DNA of 52,624 bases from Candidatus Dojkabacteria bacterium (GCA_016932045.1 JAFGDO010000011.1:71997-124620); one strand, 5' to 3'; shown: positions 8,486-18,254, counted from the first letter of the stretch. A program made the numbers and translations. Notes: generated by a model from the letters alone, not told the origin.

Positions 8486-9376
8486 ATGTTTAAAATACCA
8501 GAAGTAAAAAGAAAACTTTATAAAGACGGCAGGAAGCAGATTGGGGAGATATATCAGGCTTTATCAAAACTTTCCGGCAATAGCTGGGAGTATGAAAAGG
8601 TTTGTGATTCAGTGGCCGATTCAGATGATGACAGTAAAATATCGTTACCAATTCTTTGTATTAAAACTGTAGAAGAAGGAAATGCAATATGGTTAATTTC
8701 AGGAGTGCACGGCGAAGAGCCCGCAGGTCCTAATGCTTTATCTGAGGGGATCGATTTAATTAAAAAGCTTGGAGAAAAATCTCCCGTTGTCTTGCTGCCC
8801 TTATGTAACCCGCTTGGATACTATCGCAGCTGGAGATACTTGAATATGAAAAAGTATTCTGAAAGTGTAGAAGGCTTAAGTGTTGGGGACAGTGAGCACT
8901 TGCTCTTAAATGGAAACAACCAAGCTCGCAAGAAAGAAGCGTCAAATAAAGAAGCTGAAAGTTTAGCAGATTATATCGTAAAATTAGCCAAGAGATATCC
9001 TCCGAAGCTTTCAATAGACTTGCATGAAGACGACATGATACCAAAGGGGTATGTGTATTCTCAAGGGAAACTCGGAGCAAATGATAAGATAGCACAAAAT
9101 GTTGTAAAAGTTCTTATTCAGAATGGAGTAAAAATTCTAACTCAAGGAAAGACAAGATTTGGTGAGAGAATCATCAATGGAGTAGTAAGTAATGTTCAGG
9201 ATGGTTCAATTGATGAATTACTTGCCTCTGACAAGATTTATTTTAAAGGAGATGTCATACAAGGGCCGTCTGCTAAAACAGCTATTGTAGTTGAGACTCC
9301 GGCACAGGAATTGCCTCTTAGAGCAAGAGTGAATGCTCATTTGTCAATCATAAGGTCAATAGAAGAATTTGTTTAG
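8486..9376 (+). CDS. M14 / AstE-AspA-like zinc carboxypeptidase-deacylase
   Basis: SGVHGEEPAG (HxxE zinc site) and a downstream DLHED histidine. Confidence 0.6.
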   Translation: MFKIPEVKRKLYKDGRKQIGEIYQALSKLSGNSWEYEKVCDSVADSDDDSKISLPILCIKTVEEGNAIWLISGVHGEEPAGPNALSEGIDLIKKLGEKSPVVLLPLCNPLGYYRSWRYLNMKKYSESVEGLSVGDSEHLLLNGNNQARKKEASNKEAESLADYIVKLAKRYPPKLSIDLHEDDMIPKGYVYSQGKLGANDKIAQNVVKVLIQNGVKILTQGKTRFGERIINGVVSNVQDGSIDELLASDKIYFKGDVIQGPSAKTAIVVETPAQELPLRARVNAHLSIIRSIEEFV

Positions 9377-9388
9377 GACTGCCTTCGT

Positions 9389-11374
9389 CTATTTGTTAAA
9401 TATCTTCTCTGCAGCTTCTCTTGTTTCTTTAATTAATTTTATATCACCAAGGTTCGCGATTTTTAAATCTGGAATTCCTGCCTGCTTTGTGCCATATACT
9501 TCTCCAGGGCCCCTGTTTGCAAGATCAAAGTTGGCCACTTTAAGCCCGTCATTTACCCTTGAAAAGTATTTCAATCGTTTGATGGCATCCTGAGAGGTAT
9601 TTTTACTGGTAAAAAGGAAACACCATGACTCTTGCTTAGCCCTTCGGCCTACTCTTCCTCGTAGCTGGTGTAACTGAGCTAAGCCGAAACGCTCAGCTCC
9701 TTCAATCACTATGATACTTGCATTGGGAACGTCCATACCGACCTCTATGACTGAGGTGGATACAAGAATATCAGTTTTGTCTTGTTTCATGCGAAGAATT
9801 TTTTCATTCTTTTCATCTTCAGTCAGTCTGCCATGCAGTAAATCAATTCTCAAATTTGGAAAAATCTCTGTTTCGAGTTTCTCGTACTCAGTTATGACAG
9901 CTTTTGTTTGCAACTTTTCACTTTCTTCAATTAAGGGACATAACCAGAAAACCTGCAGGGATTCATCTTTAATTTTTGACTTGATCCAATTATATGAATC
10001 TTTCCTTTTGCGCTGTGGAACAAGGTAAGTCTTCGTAGGCAATCGTCCCTCCGGCATCTCATCAATTATTGAGATATCTAAGTCGCCAAAAAGTGTCAAT
10101 GCTATGCTTCTTGGTATGGGAGTAGCAGTCATTGTGATCTTGTGCGGAGTGGTCTTGTTCTTACCCTTACCCTGTGAAACAAGTAGATTACGTTGTTCTA
10201 CACCGAAACGATGCTGTTCATCGACTATTAATAATCCAAGCTTTGAGAATAAGTCATCTTGGCGGTGAAGAAGTGCATGAGTCCCGATAATAAGCTGATA
10301 GCTATCAGCTGACAGCTGATGGCTTTGCTCCTTGGTATTTCCAGTTACTAGTCTTAACTTGTAATCTTTAAGCATACCCTTAAGTGTTTCGTAGTGTTGC
10401 TTGGCTAAGATTGCTGTTGGTGCCATAAGTGCAACCTGATAACCTGATTTCATAACCGGAATTGATACAGCTGCTGCTACTAATGTTTTTCCACAGCCTA
10501 CATCACCTTGCAAGAGTCTATTCGCCGGGTATTCTTTCTTTAGGTCACCAAGTATTTCCTTTATAGCTTTAAGCTGAGCTTTTGTCGGCTCAAAATCCAG
10601 TCTTTTCAAGAATTTGTCTACTTCCTCTTTGTATTTGTGAAAAGCAGGAGCTCTTAAAGCTTTCCTTTTTTGAATTTTATCAACGAGTTTCAGCTGAATA
10701 TTTAAAAGCTCATCAAAAGCTAGTCTTTTTTTTGATTTTTCGAGACTCTTAAAGGCGGTTGGAAAATGTATCTCAACAATAGCATCTTTTAGTGGCATCA
10801 GCTCGTAACATTCCTTTATTGTTTGTGGAAGGGGGTCTTTGATACTATCAAGAAGGTAGGTAAGTTTTTTGATTAAAAATTTAATACGCGATCTGAGCCA
10901 TTTACTTGTTATTCCGTCTGTAAGAGGATATATTGGGCTTATAGTTCCAAGATGGGTGAAATCCGCACTTTTTGCCTGTTCGTACTGGGGCGAATAAAGC
11001 TGGGGCTTGTTACGCTTAGGGTTAAGCTTACCATTGAGTAAGATAGTTGAACCAATGGGCAAGTTTCTCTTTAAAAATGGCTGATTAAACCAAATTACAT
11101 CAATTTTTCCGCTCTCGTCACTAACAACACCTTCTGTTATGAATTTACCGAATTTAGTTCTGATATTTCTTATGCTTTCTACATTTACAAGGACTGTTTT
11201 TTTCTCGATTGTATTTAGTTCGCTGATAGTTGATATGTCACTAGTATCAGCGTGACTTACAGGAAAATAAAAAAGCAGATCCTCGATTGTTGTAACACCC
11301 AATTTCCCTAATATTTCTTTATATTTAGGGCCAACGAGAGGTATTTTATCTACCGTATCAGTTAGTTTAGGCAT
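9389..11374 (-). CDS. recG: ATP-dependent DNA helicase RecG
   Basis: N-terminal wedge/OB region; helicase motifs GDVGCGKTLVA (I), DEQHRFG (II), TATPIPR, QLRGRVGR (VI). Confidence 0.92.
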   Translation of the reverse strand: MPKLTDTVDKIPLVGPKYKEILGKLGVTTIEDLLFYFPVSHADTSDISTISELNTIEKKTVLVNVESIRNIRTKFGKFITEGVVSDESGKIDVIWFNQPFLKRNLPIGSTILLNGKLNPKRNKPQLYSPQYEQAKSADFTHLGTISPIYPLTDGITSKWLRSRIKFLIKKLTYLLDSIKDPLPQTIKECYELMPLKDAIVEIHFPTAFKSLEKSKKRLAFDELLNIQLKLVDKIQKRKALRAPAFHKYKEEVDKFLKRLDFEPTKAQLKAIKEILGDLKKEYPANRLLQGDVGCGKTLVAAAVSIPVMKSGYQVALMAPTAILAKQHYETLKGMLKDYKLRLVTGNTKEQSHQLSADSYQLIIGTHALLHRQDDLFSKLGLLIVDEQHRFGVEQRNLLVSQGKGKNKTTPHKITMTATPIPRSIALTLFGDLDISIIDEMPEGRLPTKTYLVPQRKRKDSYNWIKSKIKDESLQVFWLCPLIEESEKLQTKAVITEYEKLETEIFPNLRIDLLHGRLTEDEKNEKILRMKQDKTDILVSTSVIEVGMDVPNASIIVIEGAERFGLAQLHQLRGRVGRRAKQESWCFLFTSKNTSQDAIKRLKYFSRVNDGLKVANFDLANRGPGEVYGTKQAGIPDLKIANLGDIKLIKETREAAEKIFNK

Positions 11375-11398
11375 ATTCTGTCCATTAATGCTAAATAT

Positions 11399-11503
11399 TT
11401 ATGACATTACAATAGTTAGGATGGGTACAACCACAATTCCTACAAGTATGGAAATGAGTATGATCCACCATATAATTTGTCTGTGTTTTTTGGTAATCTT
11501 CAT
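11399..11503 (-). CDS. Possible 34-aa small membrane protein
   Basis: ATG ORF that I translated as MKITKKHRQIIWWIILISILVGIVVVPILTIVMS, just upstream of recG. It is below the ORF-track cutoff. Confidence 0.25.
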   Translation of the reverse strand: MKITKKHRQIIWWIILISILVGIVVVPILTIVMS

Positions 11504-11595
11504 AGTACTATGTAATTATTTAATTATTCAAAGATATAAATATTCAATTAAAAATTAACAATGTAGTTCTTAGCTAACAGATATCAGCTGCTACC

Positions 11596-13539
11596 CTACT
11601 CCCAATGTGCTTCAAGGATCCTAGAATTGCTAAACTGCTTTACATAGGCACAGTCTGATTTGTGTATTCTTATTCCTCTTTTTATTGTATTTAATGCTAT
11701 TATTGAATCTCCAAGTTTTGGATCACAGCATTTTGCTTTGCTGTACTCAGTTTGAGTGGATCCTTCAATTGATATTAAGCCGTTTTTCGTTGATGTTTCT
11801 TTCTTCTCTTCTTCTTGCGGAAACAATGCTGCAATGATTTTTTCAATGTTTATAAGGTCAAAACCTATATTTGCAAGCAGGCCGTCAATATCCCTCGCAT
11901 TATTTTTATATATTAGAATGTCAATTTCGTTTTTTCTTTGTTTGTAAAGTTCTTTGAATGAAGTCCGATACCTTTTGAGAGAGCTGTTTAGTTTCTGGTA
12001 ACCCTTTTCAATTGCTTCTTTTCTCTCCTTTTCTCGCAGTACATGCTTTATTTTTCCTCTTGTTCCTCCTGATGCGACAAATTCAAGCCATTTGGGCATT
12101 GGGTAGCGGGCATTTTTGTCAATAATAATTTCAATTTGGTCGCCTGTTTGGAGTTGATAGTCCAGCGGGACCATTTTGCCGTTCACTTTAGCCCCTCGAC
12201 ATTTATTTCCAATCTCGGTATGGACTGAATAAGCAAAATCTATAGGAGTGCCTCCTTTTGGAAGTTTTTTTACCTCATTGTCCGGTGTTAATACAAAAAC
12301 ATTATTTTTAAAAACATTGGTCTTATAGATTTTGTCGTCAGTATCTTCCTCTCCTCTACGAAAAATATTAATCTTTTTTAACCATTCAAAAGCAAAGGAT
12401 GGAAGGGGATTTCTCCTACCCGAAAGCTTATATGCTATATGGGATGCCGGGCCGAATTCGTTATAATCATTCATTTCAAATGTGAGAATCTGGATTTCAG
12501 AGATTTTATTTTTATCACAGAAGATGGTTGTCTGAAGAGCTTGGTATCCGTTTGGTTTCGGATTTGCAATGTAATCGTCAAATTCTCCTGTCAAAGGATG
12601 CCATGTCGAATGGATTATTCCAAGAACTTTATAACAATCCTCCTTTGTTTTGACCAAGATTCGAAACCCATAGTTATCATAAATTCTCCCATATTCTGAT
12701 TCGGAATGAATTTTTCCTTCCCGCAGGTATTTTTGAATTTTTTGATAAATAGCATAAATGCTTTTTTCTCTTCCAATGACTTCGCTTTTTACCTTATTCT
12801 CTTCAAGTATTTTTGTTATTTTTTCAATGATTTTCTTAATGTAATCGCGTCTTCTTCTATGAGTCCTATCAAGATACCTCTCTATTCTTTTGTATTCTTC
12901 GGGGTTTAGTATTCTAAAAGCAGCATCATCAAACTGTCTCTTGAAAAAGCCAAGCCTTAAGTAGTCTGAAAGTGTCGAAAATACGTACTTTATCTCCTTT
13001 GCATATGACTTTTGCCTTTGTGGACTGAGTCCTTCAATGGTCTGGGCGTTATGCAATCTGTCTGCAAGTTTGATGATAACGGCCCGGACATCTTTTGCGG
13101 CAACTATAAAGAATCTTCTAAGGTTTTCGACTGAAGATTTTGTGATCTTTTTGTCTTCTGTATGTCGCAGGTTTGTAACTCCATTTACTAGTCTTCCGAC
13201 TGTTGCGTTAAATTCTTTTTTAATTTTTTTCTGCGGGACATTGCAATCTTCCATAACATCATGAAGCAGTGCTGCTGCGATTGTGTCTCTACCTAGACCT
13301 AATTCTGATATGAAATATGCTGCATAAAGAGGATGGACTATATATGCTTCACCTGTTTTACGCTTCTGGCCCCTGTGGCACTTTTTTGCGAATTCGTAAG
13401 CTTTCTTTATAAAACTAACATCATCTCTGCTTAGATTTTTTGAATTTTTTATGACATCATCAATGGTAATTTTTTTCATGCGCAACGGTAAATGATCTAG
13501 GTGATTTAATGCTCTAGATGATCGAATGAATAATATCAT
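11596..13539 (-). CDS. rel: Bifunctional (p)ppGpp synthetase/hydrolase, RelA/SpoT family
   Basis: HD hydrolase (HRGQKRKTGEAYIVHPL...LHDVMED), synthetase core and a TGS domain (VFVLTPDNEVKKLPKGGTPIDFAYSVHTEIG). The true start is probably the ATG at 13479 (MKKITIDD). Confidence 0.92.
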   Translation of the reverse strand: MILFIRSSRALNHLDHLPLRMKKITIDDVIKNSKNLSRDDVSFIKKAYEFAKKCHRGQKRKTGEAYIVHPLYAAYFISELGLGRDTIAAALLHDVMEDCNVPQKKIKKEFNATVGRLVNGVTNLRHTEDKKITKSSVENLRRFFIVAAKDVRAVIIKLADRLHNAQTIEGLSPQRQKSYAKEIKYVFSTLSDYLRLGFFKRQFDDAAFRILNPEEYKRIERYLDRTHRRRRDYIKKIIEKITKILEENKVKSEVIGREKSIYAIYQKIQKYLREGKIHSESEYGRIYDNYGFRILVKTKEDCYKVLGIIHSTWHPLTGEFDDYIANPKPNGYQALQTTIFCDKNKISEIQILTFEMNDYNEFGPASHIAYKLSGRRNPLPSFAFEWLKKINIFRRGEEDTDDKIYKTNVFKNNVFVLTPDNEVKKLPKGGTPIDFAYSVHTEIGNKCRGAKVNGKMVPLDYQLQTGDQIEIIIDKNARYPMPKWLEFVASGGTRGKIKHVLREKERKEAIEKGYQKLNSSLKRYRTSFKELYKQRKNEIDILIYKNNARDIDGLLANIGFDLINIEKIIAALFPQEEEKKETSTKNGLISIEGSTQTEYSKAKCCDPKLGDSIIALNTIKRGIRIHKSDCAYVKQFSNSRILEAHWE

Positions 13540-13592
13540 AGTGGTGGTGAACAGTAAACCGGATAAGTTGGAAGCTATAGGTGTTTAATCCT

Positions 13593-13679
13593 CAATTGAC
13601 AATTAAGAATTAAAAAAGAAAAATTAAGAATAGGTGATCTGGCGTCAAATAAATCTAACAGCTAAAAGCTATAAGCTAC
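13593..13679. repeat. Two 7-nt periodic tracts
   Basis: 13593-13634: caattga caattaa gaattaa aaaagaa aaattaa gaatagg. 13656-13679: taacagc taaaagc tataagc tac. Confidence 0.65.
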
Positions 13680-14764
13680 TTTCCTTCCATCCTCCACCCT
13701 CTGCCCTTCAAGGTCCTAATTGTGTATCTATCTCTTATCTTGTCTCTGACACGTGCTACAGCTTTATAAATAGCCCATTCCGAGTAAGTATCAGCGGTTT
13801 GATCTAAAATCAAAGAAAGCTGGTCTTTGTCAATTATTATTCCAGGGTTCCTTATAAACAAAGTAAGAATTTTTCTGTCGGTTTTAGTTAAGTCTGGAAA
13901 CAGCTTGTCCAAGCCTTCAATCTCGTTGTTTTTCAAATATTCAACGAGCAGTTCGGAAAAGATTGTGCCGTTATTGTTTAAAACTCCAATTTGGATTTGC
14001 TCCTCTATTGTCAATTTCGTTATTAATTCCGCTATCTCGGCTAGTCGGAAGTTAAGAGGCTGGTACTTTACAAGCTTTCTTGTGTGATCAAGGATTTTTT
14101 CACCCTCGTAATAAATTGCCATACAAATGGAGTAAACAAGAGCAGGATTTCCACCGCTTAAAAATAGTATTTTCTTAGTAAGATCAAGGGGGATGTTCCA
14201 CTTATACTCATCATTGTTGATCTTGATAATTCTTTTGACGCCTTCAAGTCCGAAATTGTCAATCTTGCGAAGTGGGGTAAACAAATTGTTACCGTTTTGA
14301 AGGTACTTATCGGCGTGTTTGAAAATTGTGTAGTTAGCTACTGTAAGAACTGTGAAATTTTGTTGGTTTAGTTCTCTTATTGCGCTAAGGAATCTGAAAA
14401 GTCTTTTATAATTTGGACTATAAACTTCGCTTAGGATTACCACCAGCTTGTTACTTTCAAGGTACTTTGCCATAGTGATCTCATTAATCTTTCCCTGTCC
14501 AGTAATACGGGAGAATTCTTTTTCAAGAATATCTATTTTGTTGTTTTCAAGCTCCAAGTTTAGGAATACAAGTTCTATTTCGGGGTATTTCGTATTTAAA
14601 AGAAGTGCTATGTGTTTTGCGAAATAATCCATCCCGTATCCAGGGATTCCATATATTCCTGCGCATTGACCACTAGAAAGTAAACCAAGAACTTCCTGTG
14701 TAACACTGCCAAAGTGATCTTTTGGTAATTGTTGTATAATTGAGGAATTTATAAATTGATTCAT
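13676..14764 (-). CDS. ATPase-like (degenerate P-loop) protein with a C-terminal OmpR/PhoB-type winged helix
   Basis: GIYGIPGYGMDYF occupies the Walker A position but lacks the Lys. The C-terminus (DKDQLSLILDQ...AIYKAVARVRDKI...IRTLKGRGWRMEG) looks like Trans_reg_C. Confidence 0.55.
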   Translation of the reverse strand: MNQFINSSIIQQLPKDHFGSVTQEVLGLLSSGQCAGIYGIPGYGMDYFAKHIALLLNTKYPEIELVFLNLELENNKIDILEKEFSRITGQGKINEITMAKYLESNKLVVILSEVYSPNYKRLFRFLSAIRELNQQNFTVLTVANYTIFKHADKYLQNGNNLFTPLRKIDNFGLEGVKRIIKINNDEYKWNIPLDLTKKILFLSGGNPALVYSICMAIYYEGEKILDHTRKLVKYQPLNFRLAEIAELITKLTIEEQIQIGVLNNNGTIFSELLVEYLKNNEIEGLDKLFPDLTKTDRKILTLFIRNPGIIIDKDQLSLILDQTADTYSEWAIYKAVARVRDKIRDRYTIRTLKGRGWRMEGK

Positions 14765-15009
14765 TTGTCCAAGTATTATGTATTACGAGGGCAGATCGTT
14801 ATATTAAGAATTCTAACCGCATTCGACTTGCAAGTCAAGTGTCCAAGATGTTTTTGTGAGAAGAAATTTGTCAAAATTACGATCCTGATATTGCTAACTT
14901 GCCACTTTAAGTTTTGGACAAATATTTTGTGAAAATATTGTGTATTAAGTAGCTCACTGATATAATTGGCATATCATTACTATTTAACATTCAAATCTGG
15001 AAATTCATA

Positions 15010-15477
15010 ATGGAACAAGACACTTTACAAGTAGTAGATACAGCTTGCACCCAGGTACAGAGTGTTAATAAACTCCTTACAGGGGAGATGCCTGGTTTAT
15101 GCCGGACGGATGCTGTAACTTGGAGGGAAGGGATATCTTTGACAGCTCGTGTGGGAAGAAGGACTGAGGGTGGTCCTCTACTATTAGAGATTGTAAATGT
15201 AACTCCAGGTGTTGCTCAGATAGAAAAGATTCCAGCTGGGGCAGTCTATTGGGGGAAACCTGTACTAGAAGAGTATGCTAAGGGGACTGTATTATTTTCA
15301 ATTGATGTTTCACTTGACCATGAACGTAGCCAGGATAATGTTTTAGCAAGGAGTATGAACATTGTTCTTGCTATGCAGGAGGCTTTAGAGCAACTGAGGT
15401 CGAGAGTGCCTGTAACGCACGTTATGGATGGATTGAGAGAATGTTTTGGGGTTACTACTACTTCAATAGAAGTATAA
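15010..15477 (+). CDS. Lys-poor orphan protein
   Basis: 155-aa ATG ORF. TGATATAAT promoter, with TATAAT at 14961-14966, 43 nt upstream. Confidence 0.6.
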   Translation: MEQDTLQVVDTACTQVQSVNKLLTGEMPGLCRTDAVTWREGISLTARVGRRTEGGPLLLEIVNVTPGVAQIEKIPAGAVYWGKPVLEEYAKGTVLFSIDVSLDHERSQDNVLARSMNIVLAMQEALEQLRSRVPVTHVMDGLRECFGVTTTSIEV

Positions 15478-15513
15478 AGTAATATTTAATACTTCTTTAT
15501 TTGTTTCTCTTTT

Positions 15514-16110
15514 TTGACATTAAACCTAAGATTTCATATTCTAGAGTATAGGATTTTACTTCTTATATTGGAAATTATGGCAGTTGATTCACCAGAAGCT
15601 GATACTTTAGGAGCACAAGCTGAGGCACTTTGGAGATCGTATGCTATGACCGCGATAGCAGTTGAATTTAAAGCTGGAGAAAGGCGATATGGGGTTATAG
15701 TTGAGACAACGAAAGGTAGAGGTCTTGATGAGAAACGAAGTATAAATATAGGTATTGTAGAATTAGCACAAGATGCAAAGTTACCAGATACTACAGCGAG
15801 GCCAATACTCGGTTGGATAAATATCATGAAAAATCTTGGAAAACCATTCGAATTGGGAAAGCAACTGGCTGCAATTCCAGGACCTTGGAATGAGAGAAGT
15901 ATTACTGTTGTAGCAGCTTTAAATAATGTCACCCTTTTGGGTAAAGCGGATTTGGTCTCTTTAGTTAAGGCTATTATGACTGCCTTAGGCAGGGATGATG
16001 TTGATGCAGCTATGTTAAACGTTGCGCTTGGACAAATAAGAGGAGAAATTGGAAAGGTAGGAGTTGAGCCGGCTTTAGCATTAAGAAAAGCGTTGCCAGG
16101 GCAGAGGTAG
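15514..16110 (+). CDS. Lys-poor orphan protein
   Basis: The track start is TTG. The ATG at 15577 (MAVDSPEADT) is the likelier start, preceded by TTGACA-N17-TATTCT. Confidence 0.6.
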   Translation: MTLNLRFHILEYRILLLILEIMAVDSPEADTLGAQAEALWRSYAMTAIAVEFKAGERRYGVIVETTKGRGLDEKRSINIGIVELAQDAKLPDTTARPILGWINIMKNLGKPFELGKQLAAIPGPWNERSITVVAALNNVTLLGKADLVSLVKAIMTALGRDDVDAAMLNVALGQIRGEIGKVGVEPALALRKALPGQR

Positions 16111-16204
16111 AGATTATAGAATTATTCTTGTGACTTTTATTCCTTTGTGATATAAGAAGCTGAATCCCCCATGATATTTATTCCCCAGGCAATGATCTAT
16201 TTTA

Positions 16205-16804
16205 TTGAAACACATGTTGGGGTATAAATTGGAAAAACAGTTCCGATTAAAGAACTATGATTATTCTTCAAGTGGCTATTATTTTGTTACCATCTGTACT
16301 GCTAATCGTAAACATTTTTTCGGTGAGGTCAAAGATCAAAAGATGAATTTAACCACATTAGGGAAAATGGTACAGAAATGCTGGGTAGATATTCCAAATC
16401 ATTTTTCATATACCAGATTAGATACGTATGTTGTTATGCCGAATCATTTACACGGGATTATCATAATAGATAGATGTCGTAGGGATAGAATGAATTTAGG
16501 TAGGGATGGAATATATTCCATCCCTACCGGTTTGTTACCACATGATCCGTTTGATAAATCTAGGATGGTGGAAAAGAAAATTGTTGAATTGCAACCACAA
16601 AAAAAATCATTATCAATTATCGTTCGTGTGTTTAAGGCAGCAGTGACAAAATGGTCACGAGAAAATGATTGGGAATATCGTGTTTGGCAGTCTAGGTTTC
16701 ATGACCGTATCATCCGAGATGAAGATGAACTAGATCGTATTCGTGAATACATAGAGAATAATTCCTTGAATTGGGATGAGGATAGAAATAATCTTGATGG
16801 ATAG
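16205..16804 (+). CDS. REP-associated tyrosine transposase-like protein (IS200/COG1943 HUH family)
   Basis: YYFVTICTANRKHFFGEV and HUH motif VVMPNHLHGIIII. The C-terminus WQSRFHDRIIRDEDELDRIREYIENNSLNW has Phe where I expect the catalytic Tyr. The probable start is the ATG at 16214. Confidence 0.75.
   Translation: MKHMLGYKLEKQFRLKNYDYSSSGYYFVTICTANRKHFFGEVKDQKMNLTTLGKMVQKCWVDIPNHFSYTRLDTYVVMPNHLHGIIIIDRCRRDRMNLGRDGIYSIPTGLLPHDPFDKSRMVEKKIVELQPQKKSLSIIVRVFKAAVTKWSRENDWEYRVWQSRFHDRIIRDEDELDRIREYIENNSLNWDEDRNNLDG
16500..16527. repeat. REP-like perfect palindrome inside the RAYT ORF
   Basis: GTAGGGATGGAAT-AT-ATTCCATCCCTAC (13-bp arms), in frame, encoding GRDGIYSIPT. A half-copy GTAGGGATAGAAT lies at 16479-16491. 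Confidence 0.85.
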
Positions 16805-16829
16805 GTACGGGATATATTCCTGTCCCTAC
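16805..16829. repeat. REP-like imperfect palindrome between the RAYT stop and the tyrS stop
   Basis: gtacgggatatattcctgtccctac. The reverse complement gtagggacaggaatatatcccgtac is related to the 16500 copy. Confidence 0.7.
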
Positions 16830-18094
16830 AGGATTTTTATGAATCTCCTTTTACCTATTTTTACAACCGAACCTGCTTTTAGATCCAGTTTTTGGTCTAG
16901 AGAATCTACCCTTTTCCCATCAACCTCGATGCCTCCTTGTTGAATTAATCTTTTTGCCTCAGCATTACTGACTACAAATCCCTTCTCAACCAATAATTTT
17001 GCAAATTCTAAGGCATTTGTCTCGCCTTTATATTCTAATTCCTCCATCTCTTCGGGAAGCTCTCCTTTTTGGACGGTTTTTTCAAAGTGCTCCTGGGCTT
17101 TTTGAGCTTGCTGTTCATCATTAACCATCTCAACTATTCTGAAGGCAAGTTTCTTCTTCAGCTCCATCTGCTTTCCTTCTGCAAGATCCTTCTTCACTTG
17201 TTTCAAATCGATATCTGTAAGTGATTCAAAACTCCCTTCAATCATGTCATCAGACCAGGACATGATTTTCCCGTACATGTTTTCTGGAGTATCTTTTGAA
17301 GAAATGGCATTTCCTGTTGTTTTACCCATCTTTTCACCAGAGGTATCTTCTAGAAGTTTGTTTGCAAGGACAAATTTCTCTTTTTCGATTAATTCTTTCG
17401 AAAGAATTCTTCCGGTGAGCATGTTAAATATCTGATCCGATCCACCCTGCTCAAGATCGACCTGCATGACGACACCGTCGAATCCCTGCATCAAAGGATA
17501 CATAGTCTCATGTAGTCTTATCGGCTTATTCTCTTTAAGCCGTTTTTCAAACATGTCATGAGAAAGCAGATGCTGAAGTGTAACGCTTCCCATGATCTGC
17601 AGCCAATCTTCAAGTGTAACCGTTGATAGCCAGTCATAATTGTTTAGAATTGTTACTGGATTTTTCTTCCATTCGAGGTTTATGAATTTCTCGGCAGTGC
17701 TTTTGTAACTTTCAAAATTCTTCCATACCTGTTTCTTCGTAAGTGGTTCTCGGGTGTATTGCTTATCTGGGTCCCCGATCATTGCTGTAAAGGCGCCGAT
17801 CAGAAAGATTACTTGATGACCAAGTTCTTGAAATTTTGCTAATCTTCTCATCCAGATGAAGTGTCCAACATGCAAAAAATCTGCCGTAGGGTCAATACCA
17901 GTGTAAAGTCTAAGCCTTTCTCCGGACATCATTCTTTTTTTGAGAGTTTCTTTATCAGGAAAAATTTCCCTTACGCCTCGAGTAAGAACTTCTTCGATCC
18001 TAGCTTCATCTGTTACAACGTCCATTTTAGGTTCAGCAAGTTTAACCATGTCAAAGTATTTCTGCCAACGGTTTACATTTTTGTTTTGTTTCAT
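16826..18094 (-). CDS. tyrS: Tyrosine--tRNA ligase
   Basis: Class I signatures HVGH (HIGH) and KMGKT (KMSKS); C-terminal S4-like domain. Confidence 0.95.
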   Translation of the reverse strand: MKQNKNVNRWQKYFDMVKLAEPKMDVVTDEARIEEVLTRGVREIFPDKETLKKRMMSGERLRLYTGIDPTADFLHVGHFIWMRRLAKFQELGHQVIFLIGAFTAMIGDPDKQYTREPLTKKQVWKNFESYKSTAEKFINLEWKKNPVTILNNYDWLSTVTLEDWLQIMGSVTLQHLLSHDMFEKRLKENKPIRLHETMYPLMQGFDGVVMQVDLEQGGSDQIFNMLTGRILSKELIEKEKFVLANKLLEDTSGEKMGKTTGNAISSKDTPENMYGKIMSWSDDMIEGSFESLTDIDLKQVKKDLAEGKQMELKKKLAFRIVEMVNDEQQAQKAQEHFEKTVQKGELPEEMEELEYKGETNALEFAKLLVEKGFVVSNAEAKRLIQQGGIEVDGKRVDSLDQKLDLKAGSVVKIGKRRFIKIL

Positions 18095-18254
18095 TTTTTT
18101 TATTTAAGAATTTATTACTTGAATGTGAACTATTACTATTATAACTATACAAGTATTAGTGCAATACCTCAAATTTGTCATTTTATCTATATAGGTATTG
18201 AAAATTGTAAAAGCTGTTTTGTTGTGTCAGTTTTTTTTGTGTCGTCATGTTGGT

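Noticed and set aside
16205-16804. IS200/IS605 element with a TnpB/omega-RNA partner
   Set aside because: Only the Y1/HUH-type ORF is present. No TnpB-like ORF or IS605-style subterminal hairpin pair flanks it, and the associated palindromes look like REP elements instead.
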